Positions 16,459 through 25,591 of a stretch of DNA of 64,000 nt are shown one piece after another. The translations under genes were made by a program, and so were the position numbers. Location: sequence record MT533174.1, one strand, 5' to 3'. Within the stretch, counting starts at the first letter, position 1, and each line of letters starts with the position of its first letter. The DNA is from Escherichia phage CJ20. The notes below the pieces were generated by a model. It saw only the letters and a program-made list of their open reading frames with translations. It was not told the origin of the DNA and did no database searches.

Positions 16459-17073
16459 ATGCTGTACGCAAGTCACCAATTAGCAGAGTACATCAATGCA
16501 GTTAAATGTGAATATTTTCGTGAAAATACCCAGATTGAAATTGATGAAATTTACTCTGAGTTGGAACAGAGTACACTCTGGCAGTGTATGGAAAATAAGC
16601 CAGACACTATCCAGGAAACTTTGAACAAAATTATTCGTAAGAATTTGACTTCTGCTGTGCCTGGTAAGTTATATCGCGGGATTTCTAAGAAAACTTTGGC
16701 ATATCTTGAAACCGTAGGATGTGTTGGTGCTACGATTGAGTTTGACCGTGTAATGAGTTTCTCCAAAGATTTCAAAGTCGCACGTAACTTTGCTTCCTTT
16801 AGCTTCTATGGAACCAAAAATATTTTCTGTATTAATGATGCACCATTCGCATTTGATTATCAGGAAGCGATTTTTAAAATGATTTGTGCGGCACCTCCTG
16901 AAGAGTTCAATGGACTATATCCTGAAATAACTCGTTCTTCAAACTTGCAATTAGTAAATGATGAAGATGAGATGATGTTCCCTGCGGGAACTACGCTACG
17001 CGTGGACTCTATTGAGAGCATTTATAGATGGGAAGACTATAAATTATGGAATCTTTCCGTTCTTTCTTACTGA
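16459..17073 (+). CDS. ADP-ribosyltransferase, ModA/ModB family (second tandem copy)
   Basis: 204 aa; LYRGIS, MSFSKD, DEDEMMFPAG motifs; ATG 16459 with SD GAGGA. Confidence 0.7.
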   Translation: MLYASHQLAEYINAVKCEYFRENTQIEIDEIYSELEQSTLWQCMENKPDTIQETLNKIIRKNLTSAVPGKLYRGISKKTLAYLETVGCVGATIEFDRVMSFSKDFKVARNFASFSFYGTKNIFCINDAPFAFDYQEAIFKMICAAPPEEFNGLYPEITRSSNLQLVNDEDEMMFPAGTTLRVDSIESIYRWEDYKLWNLSVLSY

Positions 17074-17155
17074 AGTATTCTGGGTTAACAAAAGGCCAAA
17101 GACCTTAGAACCATTATACACAGTAAAAATAAAAGCGTTAAAGGTGAAAAAGTAG

Positions 17156-17183
17156 TGTACATAAAAGATGAATAGTGTATAAT
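17156..17183 (+). promoter_or_regulatory. Early sigma70-type promoter
   Basis: AGTAGTGTACA, TGTACA 17156-17161, TATAAT 17178-17183, leader TGATTTCATACTGAG. Confidence 0.5.
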
Positions 17184-17229
17184 GATTTCATACTGAGTTT
17201 TCAATCGTCCGTAAGATGAGAAAAATATC

Positions 17230-17976
17230 ATGACTTTATCAAAAACCAAAACGCTGAAAGTTAAACGTCGTCTGGAACACACTCAAGCTTCCGCTAAACG
17301 TCGCGGTAAGGACTTTAACCTGGATTTTAATTATCTGGTTAACATTCTTGACCAAAAAGTTTGTGCCTATTCTGGTGAAGCATTTAACAACTCTATTGAA
17401 GATGAGAAGTTATCATTAGAGCGTTTTAACAATGATATTGGTTATATCAAAGGTAATGTTATTCCTGTTAAAAAGAAATACAATACCATGCGTTCTGATT
17501 GGTCCCTTGATGAGCTTAAACAACGTCGTGATGATGTTGCTGTAAAAATTGCTCGCCCATCCGCCAAGAAGATTGAAAAGTTAAATCTGACTGCAGAGAA
17601 ATGGGAACAGATTAAAAAGTCATATACTCATATCAAGAACATCCAACACAAACGTGAGAATCGCGTTAAACATTATGCTCAAATGAGTAAATCAGAGCAG
17701 TCTAAAGAAAACCAATTAAAAATGGTTGCTCTGAAGGCTCGCATTGATGGTTCCCGTGTTGCGGAAGGTCATGAGCTTACTAAATTGAATGTATTGCTCA
17801 AAGGTAATGACTGGAAAGTTACCAAGAAATTAACTAATGCTGAAACGCTTTTTGATTGCTATGATAAAATCATTCAAGGTCTTGAGCGTTTTGAGAAGAT
17901 TGGTTTTATTGGTAAATTAAAACTGAAACGTGGTCTACCTTTGAACGCGTCAATTTTTAAACTGATTAGAGGTTAA
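17230..17976 (+). CDS. Lys-rich protein, Srd-like by position
   Basis: 248 aa basic protein between the mod genes and dda, where T4 carries srd; synteny and size only. Confidence 0.45.
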   Translation: MTLSKTKTLKVKRRLEHTQASAKRRGKDFNLDFNYLVNILDQKVCAYSGEAFNNSIEDEKLSLERFNNDIGYIKGNVIPVKKKYNTMRSDWSLDELKQRRDDVAVKIARPSAKKIEKLNLTAEKWEQIKKSYTHIKNIQHKRENRVKHYAQMSKSEQSKENQLKMVALKARIDGSRVAEGHELTKLNVLLKGNDWKVTKKLTNAETLFDCYDKIIQGLERFEKIGFIGKLKLKRGLPLNASIFKLIRG

Positions 17977-17980
17977 TGTG

Positions 17981-18277
17981 ATGTACTACGCATATGTGCT
18001 GGTTCACAAAGATAAAGATGGTTTTGAACGCCCATTGGAGTATGATGGAAAGGTTACCTTATACACCACAAAACCGGGCGCAGAGTATGAACTTGCCAAC
18101 TATTCATATACTACAAACCGCTATTTACGCATGGGACGTATTGAAACACGGTATATTCCCAGAAAATGGTGGTTTGATAAGCGGGAAACAAAAACTGTTT
18201 TTCCTACTGAAGAACACGCACGAGAATTGAAATTAGTTTTAGATACTTTATATGTTAAGCGAGTAAAATTGGCATGA
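17981..18277 (+). CDS. Hypothetical protein (98 aa), dda.1 position
   Basis: ATG 17981 (GTG 17978 also possible); immediately upstream of dda. Confidence 0.45.
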   Translation: MYYAYVLVHKDKDGFERPLEYDGKVTLYTTKPGAEYELANYSYTTNRYLRMGRIETRYIPRKWWFDKRETKTVFPTEEHARELKLVLDTLYVKRVKLA

Positions 18278-19602
18278 TTAAATTTGAAGACTTGAACACA
18301 GGACAAAAAGAAGCTTTTGATTATATCACTGAAGCTATTCAGCGACGTTCAGGGGAATGTATCACTCTGAATGGTCCAGCTGGTACAGGTAAAACTACTC
18401 TGACAAAATTTGTCATTGACCATCTGGTGCGTAATGGAGTTATGGGAATTGTGCTTGCTGCACCAACTCACCAGGCGAAAAAAGTTTTATCTAAATTGTC
18501 TGGTCAAACAGCGAATACAATCCATAGTATCTTGAAGATTAACCCGACCACATATGAAGACCAAAACGTTTTTGAACAGCGCGAAATGCCTGACATGTCA
18601 AAATGTAATGTTCTGGTTTGTGATGAAGCAAGTATGTATGACGGGGCTCTGTTTAAGATTATTCTTAACTCTGTTCCTGAATGGTGTACTATTCTTGGGA
18701 TTGGTGATATGCACCAGCTGCAGCCAGTTGACCCAGGAAGCACACAACAAAAGATAAGCCCATTCTTTACGCATCCTAAGTTCAAACAGATTCATCTGAC
18801 TGAAGTCATGCGAAGCAATGCTCCTATCATTGAAGTGGCGACAGAAATTCGTAATGGTGGCTGGTTCCGTGACTGTATGTATGATGGTCATGGCGTACAG
18901 GGTTTTACCTCACAAACCGCTTTAAAGGATTTCATGGTAAACTATTTCGGTATTGTAAAAGATGCTGATATGTTGATGGAAAACAGGATGTATGCGTACA
19001 CGAATAAATCAGTTGAAAAACTGAACAATATTATTCGTCGCAAGCTATATGAAACGGATAAAGCATTTTTACCGTATGAAGTCCTGGTTATGCAAGAGCC
19101 ACACATGAAAGAGCTGGAATTTGAAGGTAAGAAATTCAGCGAAACCATTTTTAATAATGGTCAGTTGGTTCGCATCAAGGATTGCAAATACACTTCCACC
19201 ATTCTCCGTTGTAAAGGTGAATCGCACCAGTTAGTGATTAATTACTGGGACCTGGAAGTTGAGTCAATTGATGAAGATGAAGAATATCAGGTTGACCGCA
19301 TTAAAGTTTTACCAGAAGACCAGCAACCGAAATTCCAGGCATATCTGGCTAAAGTTGCTGATACATACAAGCAGATGAAAGCCGCTGGTAAACGTCCAGA
19401 GTGGAAAGACTTCTGGAAAGCTCGCCGGACCTTCTTGAAAGTTCGTGCTCTTCCGGTTAGTACAATCCACAAGGCCCAGGGCGTTTCAGTGGACAAAGCA
19501 TTCATCTATACTCCATGCATCCATATGGCCGAAGCTTCATTAGCGAGCCAGTTGGCTTATGTTGGAATCACACGAGCGAGGTACGACGCATATTATGTAT
19601 AA
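18274..19602 (+). CDS. dda: Dda DNA helicase (SF1B)
   Basis: 442 aa; Walker A GPAGTGKTT, Walker B LVCDEASM; N-terminus matches remembered T4 Dda. Confidence 0.93.
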   Translation: MIKFEDLNTGQKEAFDYITEAIQRRSGECITLNGPAGTGKTTLTKFVIDHLVRNGVMGIVLAAPTHQAKKVLSKLSGQTANTIHSILKINPTTYEDQNVFEQREMPDMSKCNVLVCDEASMYDGALFKIILNSVPEWCTILGIGDMHQLQPVDPGSTQQKISPFFTHPKFKQIHLTEVMRSNAPIIEVATEIRNGGWFRDCMYDGHGVQGFTSQTALKDFMVNYFGIVKDADMLMENRMYAYTNKSVEKLNNIIRRKLYETDKAFLPYEVLVMQEPHMKELEFEGKKFSETIFNNGQLVRIKDCKYTSTILRCKGESHQLVINYWDLEVESIDEDEEYQVDRIKVLPEDQQPKFQAYLAKVADTYKQMKAAGKRPEWKDFWKARRTFLKVRALPVSTIHKAQGVSVDKAFIYTPCIHMAEASLASQLAYVGITRARYDAYYV

Positions 19603-19834
19603 GGTACATAAAGAAGATTTAGATAATCTTATCTACGGTATTCAGGACGCGGTTGAATTTTTCGAAGATAATCCGACTATCGTCGCGCAGGGTAATTACG
19701 TTTTACTGGAACTGAATCTTATTCGGAAACGTATGGCTGCGATTGAATATTTTAACAATGAAGAGCCAGGGATTTTTATCTCTGATTATGTTGCTGGTGA
19801 AATTCAGAAATTAAAAGAGATGTGCGATGATTGA
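19595..19834 (+). CDS. Hypothetical protein (79 aa)
   Basis: ATG 19595 overlapping dda stop; acidic. Confidence 0.4.
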   Translation: MYKVHKEDLDNLIYGIQDAVEFFEDNPTIVAQGNYVLLELNLIRKRMAAIEYFNNEEPGIFISDYVAGEIQKLKEMCDD

Positions 19835-20510
19835 TGCTATTATTGACTTTGAAACTCTGGGAAACGGCTCGAAGGGAGCCGTTATTGACCTGGCTCTGAT
19901 TACATTCGAATCTGACCCTGCTATTGTGGAATCATTCGAAACTCTGGTTAATCGCGGCAAACGTATTAAGTTCAGCCTCGAATACCAAAAAGGAAAACGT
20001 CTGTTTGATACAACAACCATGGGTTGGTGGAAAAAACAATCACCAGAAGCTCGTGTTAACCTGGCTTCTTCTGCGCATGATGTTGATACTCTGACCGGTA
20101 TCCAACAGGCGATTGACTATCTGAATGGCAATGGAATTAACAAATACGAAAGCCTTATGTGGTGTCGTGGAATGTCTTTTGACTTCCCATTGTTTGTTGA
20201 CCTTATCCGCGACCTACAGCGCAATGAGGGGATTCCTGAGCGTGAATTGAATACCTATGACCTGGAGCCGGTTGTATTCTGGAACCAGCGAGATATCAGG
20301 ACAGCCATCGAAGCCTTGTCACTCGTCCGTAAGATGTGTGAAACCCCATTACCGAAAGGGACTTTAGATGGATTTGTGGCGCACGATTCGGTACATGACT
20401 GCGCGAAAGATATTTTGATGTTGAAGTATGCCCAGCGCTATGCTCTTGGTTTAGATGAAGTTCCTTCCGAAGAAGATGCAGACCCGTTATCTTTACCGAA
20501 AAAACGATAA
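19827..20510 (+). CDS. dexA: Exonuclease A DexA (DnaQ-like 3'-5' exonuclease)
   Basis: 227 aa; N-terminal DFETLG exonuclease motif; synteny after dda. Confidence 0.85.
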   Translation: MIDAIIDFETLGNGSKGAVIDLALITFESDPAIVESFETLVNRGKRIKFSLEYQKGKRLFDTTTMGWWKKQSPEARVNLASSAHDVDTLTGIQQAIDYLNGNGINKYESLMWCRGMSFDFPLFVDLIRDLQRNEGIPERELNTYDLEPVVFWNQRDIRTAIEALSLVRKMCETPLPKGTLDGFVAHDSVHDCAKDILMLKYAQRYALGLDEVPSEEDADPLSLPKKR

Positions 20511-20517
20511 AAAGTAG

Positions 20518-20546
20518 TGTACAAGGCCAATGGAAAGAGACATAAT
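20518..20546 (+). promoter_or_regulatory. Early sigma70-type promoter
   Basis: AAAAAGTAGTGTACA, TGTACA 20518-20523, CATAAT 20541-20546, leader TCATCAACTACTGATGAGGA 20551-20570. Confidence 0.5.
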
Positions 20547-20577
20547 CATCTCATCAACTACTGATGAGGATAACAAA

Positions 20578-20835
20578 ATGATTACTTCTTTTGAAATTGG
20601 CCAACAATATGAAATGTCTGCTCTTCAAGCTGCTGAAGCAGGTCTGACTAAAGCGTTTGAATGTGCATTTGCAAATATTCGTGGTAAAATCTTTACTGTC
20701 AATAAAATTGCGGTATATGATAAAGAAACAGACATGAACAAAGGCATCTACCTGAACGTGTCAAATGCAAAAGGTCGTCGTGAAATTATGGTTGTACAAC
20801 CTAATCAACTGGCGATGTTCAATAAGGTTGCATAA
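20578..20835 (+). CDS. Hypothetical protein (85 aa)
   Basis: ATG 8 nt after GAGGA of leader motif. Confidence 0.45.
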   Translation: MITSFEIGQQYEMSALQAAEAGLTKAFECAFANIRGKIFTVNKIAVYDKETDMNKGIYLNVSNAKGRREIMVVQPNQLAMFNKVA

Positions 20836-21590
20836 TGAAACCAGAATTTATTGACTTTGATGTTGTAAGTATGTATGTTCGCCCAATTAAACCATTAAAA
20901 CTTGAGAAACAAAATATGACTATTGAAATTAACAAAACTTATCAACTGATTGAACCTATTATTCAAAACGCAGCTATGGTTTCTGGATATAATACTTTGA
21001 CTGATGCTTTAGGTGAAGGCGAATTTATTGTTGAAACTTTTGTAAAAAGTAACTGGTTTGATAAAGCATATATTCTACATGCACGTCGCCTTGATACAAA
21101 TGAAGTAGAAAAAATTATGGTTTATGAAGCTGAGATTGAACTCTTTAAAGAAGTTGAAGAAACTCCTATCAAAGTTGGTAAAACCTACCAGCTTATTGAA
21201 GATGATAGTCAATTTGGAAAGACTGTCGCAATGCATGCTGGTTGGCGTGTACTAAAAGGTATTTTTGGATTTACTCCATTTACCGTTAAAACAGTTAAGT
21301 ACCACAATCACCAAAGCATCTTTGAATTTACTGCAGTCAATGAATCAGGTGACAATCTTGAAGCTATCCTTTATCCGCGTGAATCTGTACTGCTGAAAGA
21401 AGTTAGCGAACTGGGTGACCCTGTTGACTTGCTGTGTAAACCAGTTCAAATCAAACGTCCATTTAATAGTTCCATTTGTGGTTGGGTAACAGACCAGTGG
21501 ATTGAAGATGGTGTTGAACTCCTGAACGTCGTCCATGCTGGTGAATTTACTGTTGTCCCACGTTCCATGGTTGTTGAAATTTTTAATTAA
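20835..21590 (+). CDS. Hypothetical protein (251 aa) with internal repeat and C-terminal DQWIEDGV domain
   Basis: KTYQLIE occurs twice; C-terminal 35 aa paralogous to C-terminus of ORF 21667-22158. Confidence 0.5.
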   Translation: MKPEFIDFDVVSMYVRPIKPLKLEKQNMTIEINKTYQLIEPIIQNAAMVSGYNTLTDALGEGEFIVETFVKSNWFDKAYILHARRLDTNEVEKIMVYEAEIELFKEVEETPIKVGKTYQLIEDDSQFGKTVAMHAGWRVLKGIFGFTPFTVKTVKYHNHQSIFEFTAVNESGDNLEAILYPRESVLLKEVSELGDPVDLLCKPVQIKRPFNSSICGWVTDQWIEDGVELLNVVHAGEFTVVPRSMVVEIFN

Positions 21591-21595
21591 ATTTG

Positions 21596-21624
21596 TGTAC
21601 ATACTCTTGGGACCAGAGTATAAT
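21596..21624 (+). promoter_or_regulatory. Early sigma70-type promoter with -10 inside hairpin loop
   Basis: TGTACA 21596-21601, TATAAT 21619-21624; hairpin GGGACC(AGAGTATAAT)GGTCCC 21609-21630. Confidence 0.5.
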
Positions 21625-21666
21625 GGTCCCACTGGAGAATAAACTTATTAACCAAGAGAGAAAATT

Positions 21667-22158
21667 ATGAAAGTTGAAGCTGGTGATATTGTACGTGTTT
21701 CTAAAGAATCTCGTTCTAAAGCTGCTGGTCGTTTTGTTGAGGTTGTGGGTCTTCGCACTAATTTAGTAGGTGGAATTAAAGAAGTTAAAGTGCGTATTAT
21801 TCCTAAACATGGTCATGCTGAAACTCAATTGGCTTATGTACATCCTAAATTCCTGGAATCAACTGAATTTACTGGATACATCGCTCCAGTAGTTGAAGAA
21901 GTTGAAACCATTGACCAGTCTCATGTTGGGGTTGATTTTAAATGGAAATTAGGTAAAGGTGTCTTTTTCGTTTCACCTAAACCGTTTGAATACAAGTGCA
22001 AGTATGGTCCGACTTATGAAACCACTAGTATGTCCGGTTACATCACCGACCAGTGGGTTGAAGAAGGCGTTAAGCTCTATAACATCGTGTTCCTTGGAAC
22101 CTTTAAGGTTGTTCCTGAGAGCTTTATCGTTGAGTATGCTGATATTCATTTTGCCTAA
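21667..22158 (+). CDS. Hypothetical protein (163 aa), C-terminal DQWVEEGV domain
   Basis: C-terminus GYITDQWVEEGVKLYNIVFLGTFKVVPESFIVE parallels GWVTDQWIEDGVELLNVVHAGEFTVVPRSMVVE of previous gene. Confidence 0.5.
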   Translation: MKVEAGDIVRVSKESRSKAAGRFVEVVGLRTNLVGGIKEVKVRIIPKHGHAETQLAYVHPKFLESTEFTGYIAPVVEEVETIDQSHVGVDFKWKLGKGVFFVSPKPFEYKCKYGPTYETTSMSGYITDQWVEEGVKLYNIVFLGTFKVVPESFIVEYADIHFA

Positions 22159-22204
22159 ATTATAAAAATGATAGGGTTTTTACCCTATCAATGAGGAGAA
22201 TATT

Positions 22205-22435
22205 ATGTTTAATGAAGATTGCGTGACCACTTCCCTGACCGCTGAAGAGTTCTGGGAAACCGCTGAAAGTGATAAAGTGATTGTTAAGAAAAATATCAAT
22301 GAATTTCTTTGCACCACTGATATCATTTATGTGTATGCGTATGAAGGTGCGGAATTACCTAGCTATGCACTGTTCCGCGAAGAATCAGAAGATGGTACAG
22401 ATTTTTGGAAGGAGACTTATCATGTTGAAATTTGA
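22205..22435 (+). CDS. Hypothetical protein (76 aa)
   Basis: SD GAGGAGAATATTATG; acidic. Confidence 0.4.
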   Translation: MFNEDCVTTSLTAEEFWETAESDKVIVKKNINEFLCTTDIIYVYAYEGAELPSYALFREESEDGTDFWKETYHVEI

Positions 22436-22796
22436 AACCGATAAATGGTATTATTTTAAAGATAATGTTGCTGAAAGCAGATTTCGTTTGTTATGCTCTG
22501 ATAATGATAATATAGCTGATGCTATAATCAATGGTGAAGGATTTAGACCAGTTGGAATTGAAGGCGGTGATGTATATCGGATAGAATTTTCGACCGGTGG
22601 AATGGAGAGAATATTCATAAAGGAAGATGAGCGTCGTTTCTTTGAAGAAGAAAAAGATGACGATACTGAAGACGAATGCGAAGACGCTGATGAAGCATTT
22701 GAACCAAGCGAATTCCCTTTGACTAAAATCACCATTTCTAATAACTCTGAAGCCTGGACCGTTTACCAGATGTTGAAAGCACACTTTAAGGAATAA
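22423..22796 (+). CDS. Hypothetical acidic protein (124 aa)
   Basis: ATG 22423 with SD GGAG; poly-acidic stretch EEEKDDDTEDECEDADEAFEPSE. Confidence 0.45.
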
Positions 22797-22797
22797 C

Positions 22798-22974
22798 ATG
22801 CCACTTTATGACTACAAATGCCAATCCGAAGACTGCGCGAAAGAATACGAAAAAATCAAGAAAATCTCTGAAAGGGATAATGATGTTTGCCCTGATTGCC
22901 ATCGGCTGGCTGTTCGGTTAGTCTCGGCTCCTAAACATGTTAATGGCGGTTTTTACGACCTGCTGACTAAGTGA
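22798..22974 (+). CDS. Small zinc-ribbon protein (58 aa)
   Basis: Two CxxC pairs (CQSEDC, CPDC) spaced as in FmdB-type zinc ribbons; TAACATG start. Confidence 0.45.
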   Translation: MPLYDYKCQSEDCAKEYEKIKKISERDNDVCPDCHRLAVRLVSAPKHVNGGFYDLLTK

Positions 22975-22980
22975 GAAATT

Positions 22981-23241
22981 ATGAAATACATTAATCGTTC
23001 TATTGCAGCGCTGGTGCTGGCGGTTTCATTGGCTGGTTGTACTGATGCAGATAATGCCATTCGTGTATTAGATGCAAACGGCTATGAGCAAATCCAAATC
23101 ACCGGTTATAACTGGTTGGGTTGCTCTGAAGATGATTTTCAGCATACTGGTTTTACGGCCGTAGGCCCAACTGGTAAGAAAGTTAAAGGAACTGTTTGTT
23201 CTGGATTGCTGTTTAAGAATTCAACCATCCGATTTGAATGA
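22981..23241 (+). CDS. Predicted lipoprotein (86 aa)
   Basis: Signal peptide with lipobox LAGC. Confidence 0.5.
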   Translation: MKYINRSIAALVLAVSLAGCTDADNAIRVLDANGYEQIQITGYNWLGCSEDDFQHTGFTAVGPTGKKVKGTVCSGLLFKNSTIRFE

Positions 23242-23248
23242 GGATATT

Positions 23249-23653
23249 ATGTTTAAAATTGGAAAGAGTTATCACATTAAAGATTTAGATGGCTTCCTTA
23301 AACATGTCGGTATGCCTGGTAGCATTTTGAACCAACAAGGAACCTCTATCATTGATTTGGTTACCACCAAAGAGTTTTCAGTCACTAAGATGGAAGCAAA
23401 TGTTGTTACGGAATTTAGTACTATCGATGGAACTGGATTTTCTTTCCATAGTCGTAATGGAACCGGTCTTATTTTTGGTGATGAATTTAAATATTTTGAA
23501 GAAACCCCGATAAAGGAATATGATTCTGAAATAACCGAACAGGAATCAAAAGAGGATATCGTTGTTACCGGTGGCGATGTTATTATTACGGTTAAAACTG
23601 AAGCCGGACGCCTACAAGCTATTAAAATGTTAGAGCAGCTTCGATTCAAATAA
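23249..23653 (+). CDS. Hypothetical protein (134 aa)
   Basis: ATG 23249 after SD GAGGA; terminator directly downstream. Confidence 0.45.
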   Translation: MFKIGKSYHIKDLDGFLKHVGMPGSILNQQGTSIIDLVTTKEFSVTKMEANVVTEFSTIDGTGFSFHSRNGTGLIFGDEFKYFEETPIKEYDSEITEQESKEDIVVTGGDVIITVKTEAGRLQAIKMLEQLRFK

Positions 23654-23672
23654 AAGGCCTTCGGGCCTTTTT
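23653..23672 (+). terminator. Rho-independent terminator (AAAGGCC-TTCG-GGCCTTT + T run)
   Basis: 7-bp stem with TTCG loop and TTTTT. Confidence 0.7.
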
Positions 23673-23696
23673 GCTTTAAAATATGTGACTTATAAT
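23669..23696 (+). promoter_or_regulatory. Putative MotA-dependent middle promoter for gene 39
   Basis: MotA-box consensus TTTGCTTTA (TGCTT 23672-23676) 19 bp before TATAAT 23691-23696. Confidence 0.5.
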
Positions 23697-23718
23697 ACCT
23701 CCATACACAAGAGGAAAG

Positions 23719-25551
23719 ATGATGATTAATAATGAAATTAAAGTACTCTCGGACGTCGAGCATATCAAAAAACGTTCCGGGATGTATATTGGTTCCAGTT
23801 CAAATGAAGCGCATGAGCGATTCTTGTTTGGTGAATATAAGTCCGTAAGCTATGTTCCTGGTATTGTAAAACTGATTGATGAAATTATTGATAACTCTGT
23901 TGATGAAGCAATTCGCACCAGTTTTAAATTTGCCAATAAAATTGATGTCCAAATTAAAGATAATCAGATTTCGGTTTCTGATAATGGCCGTGGTATTCCA
24001 CAAGCAATGGTTACAGACCAAAACGGTGAACAAATCCCTGGACCTGTTGCAGCATGGACTATTCCAAAAGCAGGTGGTAACTTCGGTGATGATGCTGAAC
24101 GTAAAACTGGTGGGATGAATGGCGTCGGGTCTTCTCTGACCAATATTTTCTCTGTATTGTTCACCGGGATTACTGCCGACGGCACAAATGAAATCACCGT
24201 TAACTGCTCCAATGGTATGGAAAACAAAGGTTGGTCTACCAAGAAATCTAAGGGTAAAGGCACAACTGTTATTTTTGTTCCGGACTTCAGTCACTTTGAA
24301 GAAAATAGCCTGTCCCAGATTTATCTGGATATTACATTGGACCGTCTGCAGACTCTTGCGGTTGTTTATCCGGATATTCAGTTTACCTTTAATGGTAAAA
24401 AGGTTGATGGCAATTTCAAGAAGTTCGCCAAGCAATTCGGAACCGAAGTTGTTATCCAGGAAACTGATACAGTATCGATGGCCTTTACGACCAGCCCAGA
24501 CGGTTTCCGTCAGTTGACTTATGTCAACAACATTCATACAAAGAATGGTGGACACCACGTTGAATGTGTTATGGATGATATCTGTGAACACCTTCAGCCG
24601 GCGATTAAGCGCAAATATAAAGGCATTGAGGTGACCAAGGCACGAGTTAAAGAATGTCTCACCATGCTTATGTTCATCCGCGATATGAGCAACATGCGAT
24701 TTGATTCCCAAACCAAGGAGCGATTGACTTCTCCGGCTGGTGAAATCCGAAATCACATTAAGATTGATGCTAAGAAAATCGCGCAAGCTATTCTGAAAAA
24801 TGAACCGCTGATTATGCCGATTGTTGAAGCTGCATTAGCCCGTAAATTGGCTGCAGAGAAAGCAGCAGAGACTAAGGCAAATAAGAAAGCTTCAAAGGCC
24901 AAGGTACAAAAGCATATCAAGGCCAACGAATGGGGCAATGATAAGTTGGAAACGACTCTATTCCTGACCGAAGGGGATTCTGCAACTGGCCCATTTATCA
25001 AGGTTCGCGACCGTGAATTGCAGGGTGCTTATCCATTACGGGGTAAGTTTAAAAACACATGGGGCCTGAAAGCTATTGACGTTATGAAGAACGCTGAAGC
25101 CTTTGATGTGTGTGCAATTACTGGATTAACGATTGGACAACCGGCCGAGAATATGAATTACCGAAACATTGCTATCATGACAGATGCGGATGTGGATGGT
25201 GTCGGTAGTATCTATCCATCGTTATTGGCGTTTTTCAGTAACTGGCCAGAGCTGTTCCATGAAGGACGAATTCGCTTTGTGAAAACTCCTGTTATTATTG
25301 CGCAGCTCAAAGATAAACAAGAATGGTTCTATTCTCTTCCTGACTATGAAGAAGCTAAGGATAAACTTCCGAAGCATACCATTCGATATATCAAGGGACT
25401 TGGTTCTCTGGAAGATTCCGAGTATAAACGTGTATTGCTTGAACCGGTATTCGAAGTTGTTCAATTGCCCGACAACTGGAAAGACCTGTTCGAAATGCTC
25501 TTCGGTAAAGATTCCCAGCAGCGTAAAGATTGGATGAATGCGACGTTATAA
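23719..25551 (+). CDS. 39: DNA topoisomerase II large subunit gp39 (GyrB-like), single uninterrupted ORF covering the T4 gene 39 + gene 60 regions
   Basis: 610 aa; ATPase motifs DNGRGIP, GG.NGVGSS; TOPRIM region; longer than T4 gp39 alone. Confidence 0.93.
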   Translation: MMINNEIKVLSDVEHIKKRSGMYIGSSSNEAHERFLFGEYKSVSYVPGIVKLIDEIIDNSVDEAIRTSFKFANKIDVQIKDNQISVSDNGRGIPQAMVTDQNGEQIPGPVAAWTIPKAGGNFGDDAERKTGGMNGVGSSLTNIFSVLFTGITADGTNEITVNCSNGMENKGWSTKKSKGKGTTVIFVPDFSHFEENSLSQIYLDITLDRLQTLAVVYPDIQFTFNGKKVDGNFKKFAKQFGTEVVIQETDTVSMAFTTSPDGFRQLTYVNNIHTKNGGHHVECVMDDICEHLQPAIKRKYKGIEVTKARVKECLTMLMFIRDMSNMRFDSQTKERLTSPAGEIRNHIKIDAKKIAQAILKNEPLIMPIVEAALARKLAAEKAAETKANKKASKAKVQKHIKANEWGNDKLETTLFLTEGDSATGPFIKVRDRELQGAYPLRGKFKNTWGLKAIDVMKNAEAFDVCAITGLTIGQPAENMNYRNIAIMTDADVDGVGSIYPSLLAFFSNWPELFHEGRIRFVKTPVIIAQLKDKQEWFYSLPDYEEAKDKLPKHTIRYIKGLGSLEDSEYKRVLLEPVFEVVQLPDNWKDLFEMLFGKDSQQRKDWMNATL

Positions 25552-25554
25552 ATA
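25547..25554 (+). promoter_or_regulatory. Late promoter box TATAAATA
   Basis: Exact consensus overlapping gene 39 stop, followed by 18-bp perfect palindrome and a small ORF. Confidence 0.4.
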
Positions 25555-25558
25555 GATA

Positions 25559-25576
25559 CGGGAGAATATTCTCCCG
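25559..25576. repeat. Perfect 18-bp palindrome CGGGAGAATATTCTCCCG
   Basis: Self-complementary sequence between late box and SD of ORF 25592. Confidence 0.6.
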
Positions 25577-25591
25577 CTACTAGGAGACAAT

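Noticed and set aside
23800-24786. 328-aa minus-strand ORF inside topoisomerase gene 39
   Set aside because: Antisense to a well-supported gene; the long open frame is explained by codon bias of the sense strand.
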